Origin: a virus
Lineage: Duplodnaviria > Caudoviricetes
Length of the DNA: 30,793 bases
Strand: one strand, 5' to 3'
Virus record (IMG/VR): IMGVR_UViG_3300044655_000685
Span: 1 to 30,793 of that record
The notes under the pieces were generated by a model that saw only the letters and a list, made by a program, of their open reading frames with translations, searched no databases and was not told where the DNA came from. This document shows positions 16,701 to 24,951 of the stretch, one piece after another (positions within the stretch are counted from its first letter, which is position 1; each line of letters opens with the position of its first letter). The translations under genes were made by a program, and so were the position numbers.

Positions 16701-19700
16701 CCTTACCACAGCAGTCCTCGTGAGATGACTGAGGATGTTCGCAACAACAATCATATGTGGGTGTTTGGGACTAGAGATGGTTTTGGGTCCGATGTTACGT
16801 TTGACCCTATTGAAAACCCAATGTTGACTGAAACTGATATTGAGATTAGTGGTCAAAAAGCTCTAGCCAATGATTTGTTCCGAGCTGTGCACGATTACTT
16901 CGGTCATGTTAAAGAGGGGGTAGGTTTTAGAGCAGATGGTGAAGAGAATGCGTGGCAAGCACATATGTCGATGTTTAGCCCTTTAGCAGGGAGAGCTCTT
17001 TCAACAGAAACTAGGGGTCAGAACAGCTGGCTAAACTACGGACCTCATGGGGACCTAAATAGGTTGGCAAAAACTAAAGACACTTTGTTTGCTGACCAAA
17101 AAGTAGGGCTACTCCCTGAATGGGTATCTGCTGAGGGGCGAGAGTTTAGTAAGAAATCAGAGTACGTGTACTCAGTAGCCAAAAAAGATAAGTTACTTGC
17201 GCCTAATGGTAAGCCGTCTAATTTAAATGAGGTTCAGCATAAACAAGTTCGTTCGCCTGCATTTAAAGAGTGGTTTGGTGATTGGGAAAAAGACCCTAAG
17301 AACGCCTCTAAAGTTGTTGATGAGAACGGTGAGCCTCTTGTTGTCTACACAGGGACTTCTGCAGATAAAGACTTTAGTAAGTTTAAAGCCCCTAAAAACG
17401 GGATATGGTTTACTGAAGATGCAAAATCGGCTTCTGATTACGCAATGGATAATGATAGTCAAAATGTAAAGTATAATGACGCTACGCGTGAATATGAACG
17501 CGTTAATACAGCTTCTAGAGTACTACCTGCATTTATAGACATCAGAAAACCTTATAAGCTAACTGGTAAAGATTTTGACAGAATTAATGTTCAAAACTAT
17601 AAAAAAGCTCAGGGTATACTGTTTAATGAGCTTCGGTTTAACGGGTACGAAGGGGTTAAGCTAGAAGGAGGTGTGTGGGCAGTTTTTGACTCTAATCAAA
17701 TAAAATCAGCCGTAGGTAACACAGGCGCGTTTAGTAAGAAGTCTACTGACTTCCTATACTCTACACACAAAGACCCTTTAATTAACGATGTGTTTAAAGA
17801 AAGCAACAGAACAACGAAAGTTGATTCTGACCCTACTTTGCGTGAGTCTGTAGCTAAAGCTGTTAAACGATACACGCCTACACGTATTTCATGGCTAGAC
17901 CCTACAGATAAAGTAGGACATCTATTAAGAAGTTTAGATACGTTTGATGTAACTAGTAAAAAACTTCGTGCAGATATGCTAATCCGTGCAAGTAAACAAT
18001 TAGGTCAAGTTATTAGAGCCGTTGAAGAGCTTGGTGTGCCTGTACTTAAGGGTGATGGTACGGTGGGTGTTAAAACCGATATGCGCCTTGCATTAAGTGA
18101 AATCCATAACCGCGCTGTAGACTTTGGTAAAAAACATGGATTTGATGGACCTCAACTTATTGATGAGGTTGCAAGAACTATGCTGGGTAAAGAAACAATT
18201 GCAGAAGATGCAAGGCTCCATGCATATGGTCAGCATTTAAAATCACTAGCAGCCACTCATAAGCAGAATGCCAAACATATGGCGTCTCAAGGAAACTACT
18301 CAGTATCTGAAATAAACAAAGAGATACGAGCTGCTGCGCAGTTAGACAAAAAAGCTAAAGAATATTTATCTATAAATAGAGAGAAGGTGGTGACGCCTGC
18401 TCACATTGCTCGAATTGATGCAGTTATGAAGAAGTACCCTGAATCAAAAGTTATTCTTAACGACATTCGAGACTTGCTACGCTCTCAGGTACAGTTAGCT
18501 CATGCAACGGGGTTAATTGATGCACATACTGCAAGAAAGTGGAATAGTAAAAAAGACTATATCCCTATGTATAAACCTGAAGACTTAGATACCTTTGAGA
18601 ATGAAGGAGCTAGTTGGGGTATTGGTATGGGGTCTAAAACGCTTAAAAATGTTGCGGACTATAGACGCGAAGGGCATGAGCATAAAATTAACGTCTGGGA
18701 TAACTTGCAAAAACATACTGCTATTATGGTAGCATCATCTGCACAGAATGAAATGCGTAAGACGGCTGTTAGTCAGTTATCTAAATTTGGTGAAGTAGTT
18801 AAAGCAAAAGACCAAGGGCGTACCAGTGTAGACGGTAACTTAGCACTTTATGAAAACGGTGTTAAAACATGGTATACCGTAAAAGACCCTGATGCATTAA
18901 TTGCATTTCAAAACTTTAATTACAGTGCTAAACCCCTCATGCAAATGGCGGGAAGAGTTCTTCGAGTAGGTGCATTATACAATCCTATTTATTGGTACCG
19001 TCAGCTTGTGCGTGACCCTCTTGCTGCAAACTTAGTAGCTAACGTAGGAGGTATTGTTACACCTTTTCATACAGTGGCACAGATGGCACATATCCTGTCA
19101 GGACGCTCTACTAATTTTAAAACGCTTAGAGAGCACGGTGTAGTGGGTCCAGTAGACTTAACGCACAACTATAATTCCATGCAAGAGCAGATTGGTAAAG
19201 CCATGAGCTACGATAAAAACGTATGGAGTACAATTAAAAACCAGTTAGTTCGTATTCATGAAGCCTCTGATTCCGCAACGCGAGTAGCCTTATATAAGAA
19301 TGCTCTTAAAGATGCTAAGAAACTTGGGTTATCTGGGCAGGACGCAGAAAATTATGCAACGCATAGAGCGCGAGAATCAATTAACTTTGCAGTACACGGA
19401 ACATCTGAGGCATTAAACGCTATTCGTGTCTCTACGCCTTTCTTCTCATCAACACTTAATGGTTTAGATACTGTATATAGAGCAGCTAAACAACATAATT
19501 TAAGTCCTAGAGAAAGTAAAGAACTTAGAAATCGGTTTTATAGTCGTGCTTTAATGATGAGTACAATGAGCGCTATGTACGCTATACTCATGCAAGATGA
19601 TGAAGCTTATAAAGATATGCCAGCTACTGAAAAAGACGGTAACTGGCTTGTGCCTATAGGTAAAGATAAAGATGGAAAAACTATCTTTGTAAAAGTACCC

Positions 19701-20495
19701 GCACCTTTTGAGGTTGGGTTTTTATTTAAAACATTGCCTGAGTTGATGATTACTAAGTTAAATGGCAACGCTACTAACAAAGAAATATTTAAGTCTATTA
19801 AAGACGGGTTAGTTGCGAATGCTTTACCTCCAATACCTCTTACTCCACAAATGTTAAAACCTTTAGTAGAGACCGTAACAAACTACGATTTGCATAATAT
19901 GCGTCCTATAGAATCTGCTAATGAACTCAACAAAATGGTGGAGTCTCGTGGTGAAGGGGAAAATGCATTCTATGACTGGTTGAGTAAAGACTTAAAACTT
20001 AAAAATATTAATTTAAGTCCTAAAAAGATACAGCATTTGTGGCAAGGGTATTTTGCACAATTAGGAGCGGTGACTGCATCTCTTGCTGATTCGCTTATTA
20101 CGTCTGCTAAAGGTGAAGGTAAAACGCCTGTAAACCCTGAATCTGGACTACTTAAAGGTATCCTAACTGACCCTACAAAGAGTAAATATAAGACTGAATT
20201 TTATGACATGGTTAATGATGCCACAGAAATCGTTAATTCGCTTAATGGGTATGGTTCAACTGGTCAAACTGCTAAAGTTAAAGAGATGATAGATAAACCA
20301 GAAACTATCCGAGCTTTACAAGTGCATGATATGGGGTCTAGTGCACAGCAAGATATTGCAGATATAAGAGAGGCTATAAATACAATTAAACATAAACCTG
20401 ACTCTCCTGAAACTAGAGAGCAAATACGTCAGTTGAAGTTAATAGAGAATAAAATTGCTAAATCCATAGTTCAAACTTTTCAAAATATTAAATAA
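13797..20495 (+). CDS. giant polyvalent internal virion/ejection protein (zincin-like metallopeptidase + HD/GEE metal-motif domain + ART-PolyVal-like + LPD38-like)
   Basis: 2232 aa. HEMGVH...EE at 15897-16053; RAVHDYFGH...GEENAW...TETRGQNSW at 16881-17030; FKEWFGDW..SKVVDENGEPLVVYTGT...VFDSNQIKS at ~17260-17710; YKDMPATEKDGNWLVP...VPAPFEVGFLFK from ~19600. Confidence 0.8.
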   Translation: MPIVNIPNIGKVNFPDDMPHEDIVNTIESEIIPSYEAHLEKTGPVNAAIGAFKSGMGAANEGIAQPLEEFGFPEAAAGRRKAAEEYKGEAEQAFEPTSEEEVAAAQKQGVIPGALKWGEKEIVEPIAGIIGRYGPQTAASLATGALAPEAALGVGAARALGFIGTDIAPEMGENIEAAREAGTEEPSLIANVSGGLVEAAIGHYGLPLTGKLAGTLFKRAEELAPRILSGELTREAAVKELGGFGINIAKEVGANAVSNAAAMTGIEATRRGVTGQELLSPEAIDKYMEGAKTAAMLSPIFGGVHGVMNVRGARGALPEGRAEEVPVEPTAQTQPAMDENSGTININGQKTTYTKTGERDDGEPLYTVDVPMPDNTVLKQDNLTMADIAEMSKAEPQAQAEGQPTGRPAFASDPAEHGDVTDSEVAQYITSVQEGSFDPVNDPTDAYMHEVMKMQKPEVIEYANSTVSPEPTRRRPVSDEDFDALRDEEAPEENVTSEGVDKQPEMTDAQLAAAETSSRMFRNAKVFHDGFPAAEEEFALYGTSKIRDDMIKHFNKAFKPFLTPRELKGLREHWFEEGALGGGDFTGNEYFDTAHNNAVDMTLRNFKAANEKTAETTKEPKPSVATSDINTGHTAESLQPHFTPEMKRLVESGKLTLHDTRDTLPGEDHPENVQGLTTPEGEVHLVASKLTPETLPRVAMHEMGVHVGMRGMVGDKVWGDLTSQALTTKGEAFDRARKSVPENTPEHLKGEETLAYLVENAPHLPIVKRAVSAIKNWARTTFGARLSITESDIHHLAAKALRKESQTSERSVRLDISTNKKGDVNGQFYTGTSQGEFPGSRNLRGSARVLAESSGQANGYEGRDSDGSLTGLPRNIKGFTPSHFKPAEQIAAAYMKAAGLPYNPPAKYVKVDIKRAKRIADAYDAMPHDPQNPKVKAAYAQMIKETVAQYKAMLSSGITVEFAPRGVDPYHSSPREMTEDVRNNNHMWVFGTRDGFGSDVTFDPIENPMLTETDIEISGQKALANDLFRAVHDYFGHVKEGVGFRADGEENAWQAHMSMFSPLAGRALSTETRGQNSWLNYGPHGDLNRLAKTKDTLFADQKVGLLPEWVSAEGREFSKKSEYVYSVAKKDKLLAPNGKPSNLNEVQHKQVRSPAFKEWFGDWEKDPKNASKVVDENGEPLVVYTGTSADKDFSKFKAPKNGIWFTEDAKSASDYAMDNDSQNVKYNDATREYERVNTASRVLPAFIDIRKPYKLTGKDFDRINVQNYKKAQGILFNELRFNGYEGVKLEGGVWAVFDSNQIKSAVGNTGAFSKKSTDFLYSTHKDPLINDVFKESNRTTKVDSDPTLRESVAKAVKRYTPTRISWLDPTDKVGHLLRSLDTFDVTSKKLRADMLIRASKQLGQVIRAVEELGVPVLKGDGTVGVKTDMRLALSEIHNRAVDFGKKHGFDGPQLIDEVARTMLGKETIAEDARLHAYGQHLKSLAATHKQNAKHMASQGNYSVSEINKEIRAAAQLDKKAKEYLSINREKVVTPAHIARIDAVMKKYPESKVILNDIRDLLRSQVQLAHATGLIDAHTARKWNSKKDYIPMYKPEDLDTFENEGASWGIGMGSKTLKNVADYRREGHEHKINVWDNLQKHTAIMVASSAQNEMRKTAVSQLSKFGEVVKAKDQGRTSVDGNLALYENGVKTWYTVKDPDALIAFQNFNYSAKPLMQMAGRVLRVGALYNPIYWYRQLVRDPLAANLVANVGGIVTPFHTVAQMAHILSGRSTNFKTLREHGVVGPVDLTHNYNSMQEQIGKAMSYDKNVWSTIKNQLVRIHEASDSATRVALYKNALKDAKKLGLSGQDAENYATHRARESINFAVHGTSEALNAIRVSTPFFSSTLNGLDTVYRAAKQHNLSPRESKELRNRFYSRALMMSTMSAMYAILMQDDEAYKDMPATEKDGNWLVPIGKDKDGKTIFVKVPAPFEVGFLFKTLPELMITKLNGNATNKEIFKSIKDGLVANALPPIPLTPQMLKPLVETVTNYDLHNMRPIESANELNKMVESRGEGENAFYDWLSKDLKLKNINLSPKKIQHLWQGYFAQLGAVTASLADSLITSAKGEGKTPVNPESGLLKGILTDPTKSKYKTEFYDMVNDATEIVNSLNGYGSTGQTAKVKEMIDKPETIRALQVHDMGSSAQQDIADIREAINTIKHKPDSPETREQIRQLKLIENKIAKSIVQTFQNIK
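16229..16263 (+). promoter_or_regulatory. internal extended -10 element and Shine-Dalgarno for the nested ORF
   Basis: TG-t-TAGACT at 16229-16237; AAGGAG at 16258-16263, 6 nt before the ATG at 16270. Confidence 0.5.
16270..16467 (+). CDS. nested overprinted small protein (+1 frame) inside the polyvalent gene; candidate antitoxin/immunity
   Basis: ATG with strong RBS and protein-like sequence (PARENFLDQETFEEALGFWQSRVGRLMG). The host frame here is a G/S/R-rich linker. Confidence 0.6.
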   Translation: MDNFIPAPARENFLDQETFEEALGFWQSRVGRLMGMRGVTRTGASPVSQETSKGSPQATSNQQNR

Positions 20496-20522
20496 AAGAG
20501 AGGGGGCATATGCCCCCTTTTT
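20496..20522. terminator. bidirectional intrinsic terminator between the convergent arms
   Basis: Perfect palindrome AGGGGGCATATGCCCCCT at 20501-20518, with a T-run downstream and an A-rich run upstream. Confidence 0.9.
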
Positions 20523-23311
20523 CATACCATCTGTGTAGTATCAAGCACCAAAGCCAAAACCGCTGGACTATCTTGCACTGTACCAGCCGACATCCTAACC
20601 TTAGCTGTATCTAGTAGGATACCTATCTTTTTTAAATCATTTACGAGGCATTTATATGATATTTGTTTCTTGGCGCACCACGACTTCATTACTGACGATA
20701 TAATATAGGCTCTATGCGTATCTGGCTCCCTGCGTATCACAAGAGCGCCACGTGGAGTTTCAATCGGTACACTAAGTACACCCGATATATTAGGTGCTTT
20801 GTTATTTATCACTAGTTGGTTTTGTATATGCTCAGACATGAACAGCCCTAAGTTAGCGGATGCTTTATCTTCTTGTACCTTTACTACTTTCTTAGCGTGT
20901 CCAAGTTTAGATATTAGGTAGTCAATTACAGGCTCAACAGGGATATTAATAATACCGAGTTCATTAGCGAGCTTCCCACCAAATATAGCCGTTGCAACCA
21001 ATGCAGAGTAATAGCGGTCTCGTTGATATAGGTTAGCTTTATCGTCAAACTCGCGTTGACACTCAAACAAGTTATTAACAGATTCTTCGTGGTTATCTAG
21101 GATAGCTTGTACAATCATATCCCCTGCATGACCGTAGTTGTTTACAAGGTCTCTACTAAATAACTGGTCAGATTCCTGCTTAGTAAGTGCATCAGCACGG
21201 ACTACTTCAAGCTCTAAGATACGTAGTATCTCACCCTCTGGGTCAGCCTTTAATGTTTGCAGTACTTCATGCAAGCTGTTGTTACCAGACGTGATGCAAG
21301 GCATAGACCATGTTGTATTGTTAATCCTCTCGATGTTAGCTGAAGAACTCATACGGTTTCTACCACGACCATTAGTAATACCAAATGCCAAGTCACTAAT
21401 CTCATCAGCAGGTAAGTTAGTTAGCTCATCTATGCAGAGAATAAGGTTTTGAATGATACCCATACGCTGATACTTAGCAAGAATCTTATCGTCATTTACT
21501 AGCATAGTTTTCGTAGGGTGACCCCATACGCTGTTAGCCACATACTGAATAGTCGATTTACCCACCCCTGATGATGCATTAGTTAAGTGAAGCATAGCAC
21601 CACCCAGCGAGAAAGTTCTAAACATAGGAGCACCCAAACTTAGGAATAATGCAAACGCTCGCACTTCATTTCCCGGAAGACCATAAGTGTTAACTACGCT
21701 AGACCATGCTTCGAGTGACCCTTCTTTAGTGTACACTTTCGCGGCTTGCTGTGTGGTAGCTGAAGGCGGACTGTATCGAGGTGCTGTGCCCTTCGAGAGT
21801 TCTCGTGCACCAATAACAAATGAAGCGTTATCTGGAGACCATCCAAACTGCACTCGTACGTGTTCTGCTTTCGTTGTATTCTGTAGGTGTTTAGTCCACG
21901 CTACTAGATAAGACATAATTAGTTTCATCTGATTGGTATGAGCCGCAATCCCTTTATGAGACAGAAGCTCACGACATTTGTCTCCTGCCGTTACAGTTGC
22001 AAGAGGAGCAATAAAATCACTCACGCCATCGTGTGGACGAATAAGGCGCATATGCAATACCTCTCCATCATTTGGGTCAGTACGTCTACCTACTACATAA
22101 AAATCGTTTTCATATACTAAAGCCTTATCTGTATCTTCATCGTCACCGCCATCGATTACACTCTTGACGTACACGCCGCCATTAGGTCCTCTGGTGTATG
22201 GGTATGGGTATTGGGGTATCTCTATGTCTATTGTGCCAAGCTCTTTACTCTCTGCAGTAATCAAATTATCTGCTGGTGATGCTTCTAGTATGTCTCTACC
22301 TAACATCAAGGGTGTTGTTATATTCCCGATATGCTTACAGCCTATGCACATCTGTGGGTGAATAGTATTAAATGTTTCGCATAGATGAGGTCCTTTTATT
22401 AGTGCCGCTTTTCTTTCGGTTTCTGCTGGGTCATACTCATCATGAGCGCGAGATATTTTATGTATGGCAGTGTCACTATCTACGCAGAATTGTGCAATGG
22501 AAAGACCTGACCTCCAAAGAGGTTCCGATATCTCGTTTTGATTCTGGTATATATGTAGAAGCTGTGCACACCCATTCCCTATAACACTCTTTTGCATGAT
22601 ACGAGAGAACTTATAAATAATATTCCCAAGGAGTGCACGAGTAGTCTCATTTAACGTGACATTTGACGCGGCAAGCTCTGCTTGTGCTAGAGGACTTAGT
22701 GAATCTTTAGGCTCTAATGTCTCTTTAAGTAAGTCGATAGGTACGGGCTGTCCTAGTGCTATCACTTCAACGCTCATCTCTTCGCCGCGTTTAAAGTTTT
22801 TAGTGCTGGGTATCCGTAGGATACGAGCCGCATCAGTTGTGATGCCCTTGTCTTTAACAGCAAAACGCTCAAAGTTAATACGGTTTACTAATGCCGTAGC
22901 TAAAGGTTTCCAATCGTTGTAGTCGACTTCTTCTTCAAACGCCCAGTAAATATGCATACCGTAGCCTGAAGACACAATGGTTGGTTTAGGAAGTTTCACT
23001 GCACTACAAAACTCTTTTAGGGCTTTTATACCCTCTAGCTGGGAAGCGAACTCAGTACCCTTACCAATATCCAAATCAATCCATATAGACTTAAACACCC
23101 GTGTGTTCTTAGCACTTCTACTGATTGCAGACTGGTAAGTAGCAGGAGAGAAATAGACATCTACTCCAGCCAAAATTTGTTCATCAGCCCATGCTGATAC
23201 TTCTTCAATAGTACTAAAAAATAACTGATTTACTTTGCTCTTATGTATCCCTACAGCGCAGTACAAACCGCCTTGCGCTAATACGGACTCTAGAAAATCT
23301 ATCCTGTTCAT
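20522..23311 (-). CDS. primase-helicase (AEP/RepB-like primase, Cys cluster, DUF927 and P-loop helicase domain)
   Basis: WIDLD, SSGYGMHIYW and DAARILRIP primase motifs; QFGW; Walker A SSGVGKST; Walker B LCIDE; GRGRNR. Confidence 0.85.
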   Translation of the reverse strand: MNRIDFLESVLAQGGLYCAVGIHKSKVNQLFFSTIEEVSAWADEQILAGVDVYFSPATYQSAISRSAKNTRVFKSIWIDLDIGKGTEFASQLEGIKALKEFCSAVKLPKPTIVSSGYGMHIYWAFEEEVDYNDWKPLATALVNRINFERFAVKDKGITTDAARILRIPSTKNFKRGEEMSVEVIALGQPVPIDLLKETLEPKDSLSPLAQAELAASNVTLNETTRALLGNIIYKFSRIMQKSVIGNGCAQLLHIYQNQNEISEPLWRSGLSIAQFCVDSDTAIHKISRAHDEYDPAETERKAALIKGPHLCETFNTIHPQMCIGCKHIGNITTPLMLGRDILEASPADNLITAESKELGTIDIEIPQYPYPYTRGPNGGVYVKSVIDGGDDEDTDKALVYENDFYVVGRRTDPNDGEVLHMRLIRPHDGVSDFIAPLATVTAGDKCRELLSHKGIAAHTNQMKLIMSYLVAWTKHLQNTTKAEHVRVQFGWSPDNASFVIGARELSKGTAPRYSPPSATTQQAAKVYTKEGSLEAWSSVVNTYGLPGNEVRAFALFLSLGAPMFRTFSLGGAMLHLTNASSGVGKSTIQYVANSVWGHPTKTMLVNDDKILAKYQRMGIIQNLILCIDELTNLPADEISDLAFGITNGRGRNRMSSSANIERINNTTWSMPCITSGNNSLHEVLQTLKADPEGEILRILELEVVRADALTKQESDQLFSRDLVNNYGHAGDMIVQAILDNHEESVNNLFECQREFDDKANLYQRDRYYSALVATAIFGGKLANELGIINIPVEPVIDYLISKLGHAKKVVKVQEDKASANLGLFMSEHIQNQLVINNKAPNISGVLSVPIETPRGALVIRREPDTHRAYIISSVMKSWCAKKQISYKCLVNDLKKIGILLDTAKVRMSAGTVQDSPAVLALVLDTTQMV

Positions 23312-23332
23312 GGCTACACCTAAAATTGGGGT

Positions 23333-23361
23333 AAAAAAAGGGGCGGTGCTATCCGCCCCTT
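23333..23361 (-). terminator. intrinsic terminator between the SSB-like gene and the primase gene
   Basis: On the - strand: AAGGGGCGG-atagca-CCGCCCC followed by a run of 7 T. Confidence 0.85.
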
Positions 23362-23377
23362 CTAATGGTTGCAGAAC

Positions 23378-24259
23378 TTAGTCAGCCCATTCAGCCAGAG
23401 TACTCTCAAGGTCTGCTGGGTCAGCTACTTTTGCAACGGGTTTCTTCTCTCTCACTACTGGTTCATCTCCGTCTTCTTCAACAGCTACTGGAGCTGCGAG
23501 CGCGGGTTTTTTATTAACTGCTGGAGCGGGGGTTGCGTCTTTTCTATTAGACCCAAAGTTTGTTGTGATTGCTTGGGTAGCTTCAACTGAAGCACCTTTC
23601 TCTAATACCGTTTCCATCTCGTCTTCAGTTAGCGCTCTGATTGCACGGAACACCATCTTAGGTGTTGTAGAGTCTGTATCAAAACGAAGCTCTGTTACAA
23701 CAGAAGTAATATCAACTCCGTACGATGCAACTTGTCTTACATACTGGAATAAAGGCATCTTACCGTTTTCACCTTTACCAAAGATAGAGGTTGCAGGAAG
23801 AGCTAACTCATAGATATCACCACTAATATCATTCTCAAGTAACACTGCCAGACGATGCATATAACGACACCCTTTACTTGTACCTTGACCAGACCCCGAT
23901 ATGTTCATTGGGCACTGAGCGCAGTTAGAGTGTTTAGGTGATTCAATAGTAGGGCTTGGATGGTCACCATCCGAACTCCAGCAGTCAGGTGCAGATGTTG
24001 AACCTTCTTGATACACACCGCCAAAGTACTGACGAGATGTTTTAGGCGCACTAGCGGCAACAATTACATTCATTGCACGTTCATCGTTCTTAGCAACTTC
24101 TTGCCCACCAACATACAAACGGAAGATGTTACCTCTAATTGCAATACGGCGAGCATCAGAAGTTCCTATAAGAGCTTTTGTTGTTTCACTTAGCTCTTTT
24201 TTTAAGATATGTGCTGGAATTGCTACGCCAGATGTAAATAAACCCATTTCATTAGCCAT
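23378..24259 (-). CDS. putative single-stranded DNA-binding/annealing protein
   Basis: RRIAIRGNIFR, CWSSDG..P, CAQCP.N..GSG...CR..RLAV; acidic, aromatic-ended tail DLESTLAEWAD; replication context. Confidence 0.6.
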   Translation of the reverse strand: MANEMGLFTSGVAIPAHILKKELSETTKALIGTSDARRIAIRGNIFRLYVGGQEVAKNDERAMNVIVAASAPKTSRQYFGGVYQEGSTSAPDCWSSDGDHPSPTIESPKHSNCAQCPMNISGSGQGTSKGCRYMHRLAVLLENDISGDIYELALPATSIFGKGENGKMPLFQYVRQVASYGVDITSVVTELRFDTDSTTPKMVFRAIRALTEDEMETVLEKGASVEATQAITTNFGSNRKDATPAPAVNKKPALAAPVAVEEDGDEPVVREKKPVAKVADPADLESTLAEWAD

Positions 24260-24470
24260 GATTACTTGCCTCTTTAATTTTAGTTACGGTGTTTCTTTTG
24301 ATTAAAAGCGCTTTAACTTCAGTTGCGCTTACTAGATGTTGGTTACCTTTAAGGTATGTGCTCAGAAGTCCAGATACTCTTAGCTTGGAGACATTTTGCC
24401 TAGAACATCCTAGTATCTCCATTACTTGTCGAGTTGTCAAAAATACTTCTTCATCATCTTGCGTATCCAT
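24252..24470 (-). CDS. excisionase/MerR-like HTH DNA-binding protein (HTH_17)
   Basis: FLTTRQVMEILGCSRQNVSKLRVSGLL pattern. Confidence 0.8.
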   Translation of the reverse strand: MDTQDDEEVFLTTRQVMEILGCSRQNVSKLRVSGLLSTYLKGNQHLVSATEVKALLIKRNTVTKIKEASNHG

Positions 24471-24471
24471 A

Positions 24472-24864
24472 TCATTTCCTTCTAACAGTTATGGCATATT
24501 TACTATCAATATTCATGCCTTGAGGCATGAGATTGGGGTTTTCTTCTAGAAAAGATTTCATATTTGTTTGATGCACTCGTTGCTCAAGTAACTCAAACGC
24601 ATCATGTTCTTTAATAAAATTCTTCATACTGTTCCAATCGCTTGTCCAGTATCTTGTTTTAACAGTTCGGGATACTGTACCTGCCGCAGTTTTAAGTCCA
24701 TCCGTACCTGTTTCCTTGCATAGCTCAAGTAGAGCCTGTTGTATTGCTTCTTGTTGTACCTTTATTTTACTATCTGCTTCATCAAATTCTTGTTGAAGCC
24801 TTTGCCTTGCATCTCGCATCTTAATATACACTTTAACGAGCTGTTCTACATTATGTGATTCCAT
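24472..24864 (-). CDS. conserved phage protein (coiled-coil plus small alpha/beta domain) of the replication module
   Basis: Start reassigned to ATG 24864 (MESHN), which has a GGAGGAG RBS. Contains VKVYIKMRD...KTAAGTVSR...SDW...LLEQRV. Confidence 0.65.
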   Translation of the reverse strand: MESHNVEQLVKVYIKMRDARQRLQQEFDEADSKIKVQQEAIQQALLELCKETGTDGLKTAAGTVSRTVKTRYWTSDWNSMKNFIKEHDAFELLEQRVHQTNMKSFLEENPNLMPQGMNIDSKYAITVRRK

Positions 24865-24900
24865 TGTCTCCTCCAGTTGCTTTCTTTTGAAAGTGTATGT

Positions 24901-24930
24901 AGTGTACACTCATGTCTACTACCTTGTCAA
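24901..24930 (-). promoter_or_regulatory. sigma70 promoter TTGACA-N18-TACACT with palindrome over the -10 element
   Basis: -35 at 24930-24925 and -10 at 24906-24901 on the - strand; AT-rich upstream tract; AGTGTACACT palindrome at 24901-24910. Confidence 0.7.
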
Positions 24931-24951
24931 TACGTCAACTAAATATATTTT

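Noticed and set aside
17227-17469. Nested 80-aa ORF over the ART-like domain
   Set aside because: No SD; the L/K/R-rich composition is typical of off-frame shadow translation.
24252-24470. Evidence of a temperate/prophage state from the excisionase-like HTH
   Set aside because: No integrase, repressor, att site or host gene is present in the window, so lifestyle cannot be determined.
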